Origin: a virus
DNA: 64,000 nucleotides
Virus record (IMG/VR): IMGVR_UViG_3300042691_032761
Strand: one strand, 5' to 3'
The notes under the pieces are model-generated. The model had not been told where the DNA came from and made no database searches. It saw nothing but the letters and a program-made list of their open reading frames with translations. The position numbers and the translations under genes are program-made. Shown one piece after another: positions 48,445-56,085 of this stretch. How positions within the stretch are numbered: position 1 is the stretch's first letter; each line of letters begins with the position of its first letter.

Positions 48445-49163
48445 TGTAATGTTAATCTTATTGTTTCGTTGTCTTCTTCGAGACTCGACAAGGCCAAACC
48501 AAATCTTTCGTGAGTATTACTCCATAGATTCATAGGAATAACAATATTATGAAATGAAAAAATATCATTAGGCAAAAATACAACCTTATGATATCTTAAT
48601 AGATTAAAAGTATTTAGAACAGTATCAATTGAATCTAATAATATTTTATATTTATTATTTATAGTATAAATCAGATCTGTTTTAATAGAAGTACTAGATA
48701 AAATCATATCTATAATTTCGCTCTCTGTCATCTCATCTTCTAGAATAGCATGTAATTTCCAGTTTTGAAATTCATTATTTTCTATGAATTCTATATATTG
48801 AGATTTATTAATATCAAAAGAGTTTTTTATAACAAAATAAATATAATCATATTTTATATTCTTTAATATACTAAGATTAGTTGTAAAATTATCCCAATTA
48901 TTATCAATAAAATAGATAAAAGAAATCGTTGGACGAGACTCTAAAATTTCTTTCACAATGCCTGACTCGTCAACAATCTCCTTTTTTTGGGCCACCCATT
49001 CACTAGTTCTTGCATATGGACAGTAAAAATTATAAATCACATTATTTTGAATATTTTTTGAAGAAAATACCATAGGAAAATTATGTAGCAATGTTTGAGG
49101 TATATCAAATCCACAAACATTATCTTTATAAAAATAGCAATTTTCACATTTTGTTACTATCAT
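48441..49163 (-). CDS. Hypothetical protein with N-terminal Cys cluster
   Basis: CENC-x7-C...CPY followed by a possible degenerate GT-A-like region (RPTISFIYFI). Confidence 0.5.
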   Translation of the reverse strand: MIVTKCENCYFYKDNVCGFDIPQTLLHNFPMVFSSKNIQNNVIYNFYCPYARTSEWVAQKKEIVDESGIVKEILESRPTISFIYFIDNNWDNFTTNLSILKNIKYDYIYFVIKNSFDINKSQYIEFIENNEFQNWKLHAILEDEMTESEIIDMILSSTSIKTDLIYTINNKYKILLDSIDTVLNTFNLLRYHKVVFLPNDIFSFHNIVIPMNLWSNTHERFGLALSSLEEDNETIRLTLQ

Positions 49164-49573
49164 GCTCTTCTCTCTATAATCACATTCTCTGATAATCCAT
49201 CGTACACTAAACTTTTTATTGCAAAATTTGTACTATTGTTTAAAATTTGTTCTAAATGAGAATCATCTACTAAAGATTTAACATTAGCAATAATATTATT
49301 AAGCTGTTTTTCTTCTATTCTATCAAGATAACAGTTTTTACTAAATAATTTGAGATTAATAAATTTTAGATGTAGAGTTCCTCCTACCCGCAATTTTTTT
49401 AATAGTTCATTTGTTAAAACCGTTCTTTCAGAAATAGTAAATAAATCCAAACAGTCACACAAAATATTTTCCGATGACCCGTTGGATATCATATTAACAT
49501 TAGAAATGTTTATTTTTTCTGCGTCAGGAACGGGATTGTTGTCGCCAGCATGAACATAGATATATTTTGACAT
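49160..49573 (-). CDS. Truncated/degenerate class I methyltransferase-like protein
   Basis: SENILCDCLDLF...LTNELLKKLRVGGTLHL resembles the LkpGG motif; no GxGxG SAM loop. Confidence 0.45.
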   Translation of the reverse strand: MSKYIYVHAGDNNPVPDAEKINISNVNMISNGSSENILCDCLDLFTISERTVLTNELLKKLRVGGTLHLKFINLKLFSKNCYLDRIEEKQLNNIIANVKSLVDDSHLEQILNNSTNFAIKSLVYDGLSENVIIERRA

Positions 49574-50418
49574 TATATTACATATCTCCTATATTTTAAT
49601 AGATCATATATTGAGGCCAAGTCCAACCAACTGTTATTATTAACCTGATCATTTATTGTTTTTATATCATTATTGAATTGATTACTATTGTAAAGCTCTA
49701 TTAGTTTATTATAACTTTCATGATCTATATTATCTACGACATATAAATTATCATATTGATTTTCAATAAAATTACTTTTTTGGTAAAATTGTAAACAAAC
49801 ACATTTATTCTTTAATGCCAGAAGAGTGTCATGAATATTGATTGGATTAAAATCTATGCAAATTTTATATTCAGCAAATATATCTTCTAAATCGTTTATG
49901 CTGGATGGCAGGGTTTCTATAATGGTAGCATCTGGAATACCATCAGTTATATTTTTTTTAAGATTGTCATTTAATTTATTCAAATGATAATTGATAACCA
50001 AACAATCTTTAGTTTTTTCTTTTTCTGATATTTTAGAATTAATATTTATTGTATTTATACATATTAAATTTTCTTTATTGATTGGATTTAATGTATCATA
50101 TAAAAATATGGTATTTTTTGGAACAGAATCATTGATCTTTTCTTTGTTATTAACATAATACAATATTGGTAGATGAAAAGCATTAGAAAGATTAATGATA
50201 GTATTATCTATGAAATGAGTAAAAATAAAATCATAGTTAAACCATGTTAAATCTGAAACATTGGTTAGATTTTGATGTTTAATATTGGTGTTGCTAAAGT
50301 AGTTGACTGGAATGTCTAATATTGGCATATCTATAGCAGACATAGAGGGAAAATATAAGACATTGATCTCTTTATTGCTAAATTTTGATAGCAAATTTTT
50401 TATTGTATATACTGACAT
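49573..50418 (-). CDS. Degenerate glycosyltransferase-like protein
   Basis: YDFIFTH, DLEDIFAEYKICID and LLALKNKCVCL echo the GT-B C-terminal motif without the catalytic Glu residues. Confidence 0.4.
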   Translation of the reverse strand: MSVYTIKNLLSKFSNKEINVLYFPSMSAIDMPILDIPVNYFSNTNIKHQNLTNVSDLTWFNYDFIFTHFIDNTIINLSNAFHLPILYYVNNKEKINDSVPKNTIFLYDTLNPINKENLICINTININSKISEKEKTKDCLVINYHLNKLNDNLKKNITDGIPDATIIETLPSSINDLEDIFAEYKICIDFNPINIHDTLLALKNKCVCLQFYQKSNFIENQYDNLYVVDNIDHESYNKLIELYNSNQFNNDIKTINDQVNNNSWLDLASIYDLLKYRRYVI

Positions 50419-51527
50419 ATATTCTGTCCTATATTTTCATATGAAAATCTTGATAAATATTTTGAACTGTCAACCTGTGGCCTGTTTTCAAAAGCCAATC
50501 TCATTTGTCTTTTTAATTCTAAAACGCTTGGAATAGACCATGTTTCTTCTCCGTTGTACATATCAATTCCTCCAAGATAAGAATAGTCTTGCATTATAAC
50601 TGGTTGTTCTTGGCATGAGACCAATCCAAAATCATTTGAATCGATCATTTCTTTTATTCCAACTCCTTCTGATAATATCACATAATTTCCAAAACATAGT
50701 GCTTCAGCGGCCGGTCTACAAAATGCTTCTCCATACGAACACACAACAAAACAATCGCAAGAATTATGTATTGCTAATAATTGTTCGTCTTGTAGTCTTT
50801 CTGTGATAGTCAAAATTGGAGCAAACTTTTTTCTTGTTCTAAGAGATTTTTGTATATTGTGGATCTCTTCTTGTGTTTTTTGTGAGGCTTGTGTTGCAGA
50901 TAGTCCGGGTATATTTGTTTTTAGGACAAAGCAAACATCATCTGTTTCGTCAAATTCTAAACAAAATGCAGCAATTAAATCTTTAATATTTTTTCTTTGT
51001 ATATTTTCTCCAATATAATAAAATTTGTATGAATTTTTCACACGCTCTGCAAATTGAAGTTTATTATCATATTCTGAGAATTTTGATATGTTTTTTGTGC
51101 CGATTGGTTGCATAATTGAATTAGCCTTTGTATTTACTCCGCTTCTTTTCAAGCACTCAACCTCTTTTTGAGTAGACACTAAAATCTGATTCATAGAATT
51201 TAATGGAAACACTCCATCCGAAAATAGCTTGTTGTTTTCCAGAAATATTATAGCAATGTTTTGTGCGTAGTTACCATTGTAGGACAGGGCAGATGGCAAT
51301 GCTTTTTGTATTACAATATCATAACTATTGGATATATTTTTTTCTGCCTCTAATATATTTTTGTCAAGGATATCATATTTTGCGTTATAGTTTAGATAAA
51401 CTGGAACAGCTGAAATATTGTGTCCAGTCGTTAGTAAAGATAGCAGACAGTCTCTTGCTGCTAATCCCCATCCGTCGTTTTGTCTATATGGACCAACATA
51501 TAAAATATTTTTAGGCGATGTTAGCAT
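50400..51527 (-). CDS. Glycosyltransferase family 4 (GT-B)
   Basis: GWGLAAR, YKFYYIG...RKNIKDLIAAF, CDCFVVCSYGEAFCRPAAEALCFG (E-x7-E motif). Confidence 0.9.
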   Translation of the reverse strand: MLTSPKNILYVGPYRQNDGWGLAARDCLLSLLTTGHNISAVPVYLNYNAKYDILDKNILEAEKNISNSYDIVIQKALPSALSYNGNYAQNIAIIFLENNKLFSDGVFPLNSMNQILVSTQKEVECLKRSGVNTKANSIMQPIGTKNISKFSEYDNKLQFAERVKNSYKFYYIGENIQRKNIKDLIAAFCLEFDETDDVCFVLKTNIPGLSATQASQKTQEEIHNIQKSLRTRKKFAPILTITERLQDEQLLAIHNSCDCFVVCSYGEAFCRPAAEALCFGNYVILSEGVGIKEMIDSNDFGLVSCQEQPVIMQDYSYLGGIDMYNGEETWSIPSVLELKRQMRLAFENRPQVDSSKYLSRFSYENIGQNICQYIQ

Positions 51528-53166
51528 ATTGTATATAATCTTCCTGTGTGAGCAAATGAGAATCTATTCTGCCAATTTCTGCTTGATTGTGATTATGAAT
51601 CATACTATTGATGTTGTCTATCATATCATTAATTGAAAATGGTTTGAGTTCCGCTCCATTTGCAACAAAACCATTTTGTACGCATTGAATTTGCTTTAAA
51701 ATCCAATAGTCACTAATTTTTAGTCCTATATTATCTAGTACTGATTTTTTGATAGTATAAATTATTTCATAAGCATCATTTACTTTAGGTAAATTATTCT
51801 TATCTATTTTTGATACAAAAACTGGGGTTGAATTCCATGACTTTTCATATTTATTAATGTTTATAGTGTCTATATATTTTATCCATTTTTCTACAGAATG
51901 TTTCCAACTATAATGGTTTTCTGTTAATTGTCTAGTCTTAAATCCTTTTTGTTTTCTTATTGCTTCGGGCTGGTTCACAAGCTGCAATAACTGAGAGACT
52001 AAAGAATTTTGATTTGGATAAACTCTCATAGCAGATGTTTCTAGTTCTTTAAAATAACATCCAACTTCTATTGGATAAGCATTGACTTTATTAATTACGT
52101 CTTCCATAGCGCTATATTTCACTGTTACAACTGGTACTCCACATGCTGATGCTTCTATTTGAGGCATACCAAATCCTTCGCATATAGAATATTGTACATA
52201 TATATCAAACATCCCAATAATTTTTGCTAAAATTGATTCGTCCACAGCATTAGAAACATTTGGAACAACAGCAGACTTCTGCTTACACTTATAGCATATT
52301 TGTGAGTGTCCAGATAAATTTGAGGCAAAAATGGCTGAACAATTTTTACATAAATATGTGAAAAAGATTTTATTACTAAATTCACTATCTTTTATAAGAT
52401 TGGCCATGTCCCATCCCATATCAGGATAACTGGTATGCAGATATAGAATAGTATTGTGATATTTTTCAGATCCTGAATTTTTTAGCTCTCTTAATAAGAG
52501 CTCAAAACCTTTAATTAATTCTGGGAATAGCTTTCTCTTCTGATTTCTCATAACTGTGCCAATAACAGTACAGTTTGGATCTAATTTTAGCATATTTTTA
52601 ATTTCGGCAGTATTTGTTAGAGGAGAAAAAATATTTAGATCAGCACCAGGAGATACTGTGTCTATATATTTAATTGTGTTCGAAGTTTGTTTCATTAAAA
52701 CTTCTTTTCCCCAATCCGAATATGTAAAGATTGCATCGGCATCAATATAAGTATCGAGCCACTCTTCTTGCTGTGGATAAGAATCAATAGTTGGCATCAA
52801 TATCCAATGGAAATTTTTTCGCAATGGGGATCTTTTCTGATAGGAACTCATCCAATAATCTCTAACATCAATAACAATATGAGGCTTAAAATCTAATAAA
52901 ACTCTGTCAAAACGCCACCGTCCAAAATGGTTTTCTGGAGTAGAATTATATTCATTAATTCTTGGATCATTAGAATGAACAGCATTTGGATAATATTTCC
53001 ATGGTATTTTATGAGCCTCTTTATCTCCTATTAATCCATAAGAAGCAAATTCTGCTATATCATATTTATTAGTCTTATAAAGACCATCTAAAAGATATCT
53101 ATTGTAAACACCGAATCCGGAAGAAACTTTTGAAGATTCAGAACAAACTAGAATTTTTGGTTTCAT
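51511..53166 (-). CDS. Glycosyltransferase family 4 (GT-B) with inserted zinc ribbon
   Basis: SGFGVY, RNQKRKLFPELI, FDIYVQYSICEGFGMPQIEASACGVPV (E-x7-E); CKNC...CYKC insertion. Confidence 0.9.
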   Translation of the reverse strand: MKPKILVCSESSKVSSGFGVYNRYLLDGLYKTNKYDIAEFASYGLIGDKEAHKIPWKYYPNAVHSNDPRINEYNSTPENHFGRWRFDRVLLDFKPHIVIDVRDYWMSSYQKRSPLRKNFHWILMPTIDSYPQQEEWLDTYIDADAIFTYSDWGKEVLMKQTSNTIKYIDTVSPGADLNIFSPLTNTAEIKNMLKLDPNCTVIGTVMRNQKRKLFPELIKGFELLLRELKNSGSEKYHNTILYLHTSYPDMGWDMANLIKDSEFSNKIFFTYLCKNCSAIFASNLSGHSQICYKCKQKSAVVPNVSNAVDESILAKIIGMFDIYVQYSICEGFGMPQIEASACGVPVVTVKYSAMEDVINKVNAYPIEVGCYFKELETSAMRVYPNQNSLVSQLLQLVNQPEAIRKQKGFKTRQLTENHYSWKHSVEKWIKYIDTININKYEKSWNSTPVFVSKIDKNNLPKVNDAYEIIYTIKKSVLDNIGLKISDYWILKQIQCVQNGFVANGAELKPFSINDMIDNINSMIHNHNQAEIGRIDSHLLTQEDYIQYANIA

Positions 53167-53173
53167 AAAATTG

Positions 53174-53214
53174 AAAAAAGATAAGGGGCTTATTCAGCCC
53201 CATTATCTCTTTTT
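53174..53214 (-). terminator. Rho-independent terminator after ssb (potentially bidirectional)
   Basis: Minus strand reads AGATAATGGGGCT-gaata-AGCCCCTTATCTTTTTT; T-tracts on both sides. Confidence 0.8.
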
Positions 53215-53230
53215 ATAGTCCTTATTATTA

Positions 53231-53602
53231 TCAGAAAGCGACCGCTTCTGGTTCCGATTGTCTATTCTTGGAAAGCTTAGTGATCTTAGAAAAATTATTA
53301 ACCCTTACTCTTAGTGTGCTATGCTTCACACCGTCTTTTTCCCAACTGTCGTTTCGCAGAGAGCCTTCTACCATAACTAGGTCGCCCTTCTTGAAAGAGT
53401 CGGCAATAATCTCTGCTCCGCTATCCCATGCCTCACAATTGATAAAAGTGGTAACCTTATCCTTGTCTCCTGATGCCTTAGTATATTCTCTAGAAACAGC
53501 AACAGTAAAATTTACTACTGATACTGATTTTCCATTATTGCTCTCAATCTTTCGTAGTTCAGGATCTCTTGTTAAGTTACCGCGTAATAAAGTTATATTC
53601 AT
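53231..53602 (-). CDS. ssb: Single-stranded DNA-binding protein
   Basis: MNITLLRGNLTRDPELR...FTVAVSR...FINCEAW...KKGDLVMVEGSLRNDSWEKDG; short tail ending EAVAF. Confidence 0.95.
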   Translation of the reverse strand: MNITLLRGNLTRDPELRKIESNNGKSVSVVNFTVAVSREYTKASGDKDKVTTFINCEAWDSGAEIIADSFKKGDLVMVEGSLRNDSWEKDGVKHSTLRVRVNNFSKITKLSKNRQSEPEAVAF

Positions 53603-53646
53603 ATAAATTCCCCTTAATAGTTTTTAAATTCCAATACCAACACCAT

Positions 53647-53674
53647 ATTATACCTTGAGCCCAACGCAAGTCAA
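53647..53674 (-). promoter_or_regulatory. Near-consensus sigma70 promoter for ssb
   Basis: Minus strand TTGACT-N16-TATAAT, 45 nt upstream of the ssb ATG, with an AAGGGG RBS. Confidence 0.75.
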
Positions 53675-55236
53675 GCCTTCGGTATAAAAGTTTTTTCTAT
53701 AGACAACGAGTCTTTGTCTTTTGATCTGTTTCCTTTAACAATGATAATATTGCCTAAAAATAATTGATTTCTATATTTCCTATACGCTTCTGGAAAGTAT
53801 ACTATACTGTCCAATGATGCTGTACCATCGTTCAAAGTTATGAATGCCATTTCTGAACCAACACTTTTGCCCTTCTTGGTTTTGACTACTCTGATATTTT
53901 CTATTTCACCAGCTAAAATAATATTATTATTAGATGAGCATTTATTGTTCTTAAAATCTTTACAGGATGAAGAAACCATACTAATATCATACATATCAAC
54001 CTTTGAGCAGGATATGGAGCATCCTATCAGCATATTTTCTGTGTCAGCCAGCCACTCTATAGTATCTTCCAGAGAATAGGGTGGTTTTTTTAATGATTCT
54101 ATAAGATTCATTATGGTCAATTGTCTTTTTGAGGATATTTTAGACGATGATACTAGCATCTCCAAATTTTTTTGAAGGCTTTTATCTGTCTGCAAAACTT
54201 TCTGTAAATTTTCTGTTTCTTTCGCAGTTAATTCATTAAAGATATTATATTCAAACAACATTCTATTTCTATGAATCTTCAAAAAATCCAACGCCCCTGA
54301 TTGTATCAGAGCTTTTGATGCTGTGCTATTGATATGACTGAATAAAAATAGATATTCCATCCATGTCATTGTTTTAAGATTGAGTTTTAAGCTTTCTATA
54401 GTATTTTTTAACTTATCAAAAGCTGATTTTCCAACACCTTTAATGTCTGTCAATCCGAAATAGATACATTTTTTATCTAGTTCAACAAACTCATTTACCA
54501 TTCTTATATCTGGATTGCAAACCACAATATTCATTTCCGTAGCATTTTGAACAAGTTCCTTTATCTCCATTTGTGGATCAATTTTATCTTTTGCAAATCT
54601 CAGATAAGAAGCAAAAAATACTCTAGCATAATGTGCTTTGGCATATGCTGAAAGATACGAATTCATAGCATAACTAATGGCGTGGCTCTTGTTAAAAGAA
54701 TATCTTTGGCTTTTTTCGATCCAATTGAAAATTTCCTCCGCTTGAGACTTGTTGATTGAGCCAACTTTTTCGCATCCATCAATGAATGTAATTTTTAATT
54801 TAGCCATTTCTTCTGGCTTCTTTTTGCCAATAGCTTTTCTTAACATATCTGCTTCTTGCAAATTGAATCCCGCAATTACTCTGGCTATTTCCATTGCCTG
54901 TTCTTGATATACCATTTCTCCATATGTTGTTTTTAAAATGGGTTCAAGAGATTCGTGGAAATAATCAACTGTTTCTAAACCATTTTTTTTATCTATATAA
55001 TGATTGGTAACACTTTTGCCATCTCTAATTGCTTCCAAACATCCAGGACGCATAATACTAATTAATGCTGCAAGCTCCTCGATATTTGATGGCTTCAATT
55101 TTTTTGCTATACTTCGTCCTAATCTGGACTCTAACTGAAAACATCCTTTGGTGTTTCCAGCAGATATAAGATCCCAAGTCAAAGGACACTCCAAATCCAT
55201 AAGCGCAATATCTGCATTAAATATTATTGAAGGCAT
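53671..55236 (-). CDS. dnaE: DNA polymerase III alpha, C-terminal part (fingers, HhH, OB)
   Basis: KGCFQLES, LISIMRPG, TYGEMVYQEQAM, ADMLRKAIGKKK, YSFNKSHAISY, FGLTDIKGVG, MAFITLNDG. Confidence 0.93.
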   Translation of the reverse strand: MPSIIFNADIALMDLECPLTWDLISAGNTKGCFQLESRLGRSIAKKLKPSNIEELAALISIMRPGCLEAIRDGKSVTNHYIDKKNGLETVDYFHESLEPILKTTYGEMVYQEQAMEIARVIAGFNLQEADMLRKAIGKKKPEEMAKLKITFIDGCEKVGSINKSQAEEIFNWIEKSQRYSFNKSHAISYAMNSYLSAYAKAHYARVFFASYLRFAKDKIDPQMEIKELVQNATEMNIVVCNPDIRMVNEFVELDKKCIYFGLTDIKGVGKSAFDKLKNTIESLKLNLKTMTWMEYLFLFSHINSTASKALIQSGALDFLKIHRNRMLFEYNIFNELTAKETENLQKVLQTDKSLQKNLEMLVSSSKISSKRQLTIMNLIESLKKPPYSLEDTIEWLADTENMLIGCSISCSKVDMYDISMVSSSCKDFKNNKCSSNNNIILAGEIENIRVVKTKKGKSVGSEMAFITLNDGTASLDSIVYFPEAYRKYRNQLFLGNIIIVKGNRSKDKDSLSIEKTFIPKA

Positions 55237-55909
55237 TCTTAAACTTTATCTTTGAGGAAAGATTTTTGTGTAACTTTAGAAATCTTAATAGAATATTTGC
55301 ACAGTCTTTGACATCTTTTAGAGCGTCGTGAGCATTTTCAGAAGATATGCTCATATATTCTCTAACATTATCTAACGAAAGACTTTTAACGTCATCAACA
55401 TAAGCAAACCAATAATATAATAAATTCATTATATCTAGAACATCTCTTGGATAAAAGATATTTGATTCTTCTTCTTTATTAGTATTTCCATATTTTTTTG
55501 CTAGTCTATGAACAATTTTAAGATCAAATCTATTTATATTATATCCAGCCGCTATTGGTGCAGAGAATTGACTCTTTTTTGTTGTCCTACAGTGGTGTTT
55601 TTCCAGATAGTCGATAAACATTGACCATCCTTGTTTTTGAGATATTGAATCTTTCCAAGACTTTAAAATTTCTGATTGCTCACATCCTCTAACTTTAGCA
55701 TGAAATCCCAGTATATCTGAATCATACGGATGGGATGGATCTTCTTCTAATTTATCTGGCTTGAGCATCAAATTAAATTCCGAATTTGGCACTACTTCTA
55801 ATTTAATTGGATCAATAATTAGTGCTGCTATCTGTACTGGACTACACACATTCGGATTCGCCCCGTCTGTTTCAAAATCGAACACACAAATTTTATTATA
55901 TTGTTTCAT
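55217..55909 (-). CDS. DEDDh 3'-5' exonuclease (DnaQ/epsilon-like)
   Basis: ExoI VFDFETDG, ExoII GYNINRFD, ExoIII HDALKD. Confidence 0.9.
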   Translation of the reverse strand: MKQYNKICVFDFETDGANPNVCSPVQIAALIIDPIKLEVVPNSEFNLMLKPDKLEEDPSHPYDSDILGFHAKVRGCEQSEILKSWKDSISQKQGWSMFIDYLEKHHCRTTKKSQFSAPIAAGYNINRFDLKIVHRLAKKYGNTNKEEESNIFYPRDVLDIMNLLYYWFAYVDDVKSLSLDNVREYMSISSENAHDALKDVKDCANILLRFLKLHKNLSSKIKFKNAFNNI

Positions 55910-56085
55910 GCTGTTTCTACTGTTACGTTCTCCAGTGGCAAAATCATAGTTTTTTCTTGAGTTTGGTTATTTATGGCATTATTTACATGACAGCAGCTAA
56001 CTCTATCATCATCTATTCTTGTATAGGAAATAGAATTGTGTATGAATTTTTCTCCAACCACAAGGTCTTTAAATTGCTTGTCCAT
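55906..56085 (-). CDS. Small 59-aa protein (not in ORF track)
   Basis: MDKQFKDLVVGEKFIHNSISYTRIDDDRVSCCHVNNAINNQTQEKTMILPLENVTVETA*; AGGAG RBS; TAATG overlap upstream and ATGA overlap downstream. Confidence 0.75.
   Translation of the reverse strand: MDKQFKDLVVGEKFIHNSISYTRIDDDRVSCCHVNNAINNQTQEKTMILPLENVTVETA

Noticed and set aside
55217-56085. Intein or group I intron explaining the dnaE split
   Set aside because: No intein terminal residues (N-terminal C/S block, C-terminal HN) are present, and the gap is fully occupied by coupled ORFs, leaving no room for intron structure.
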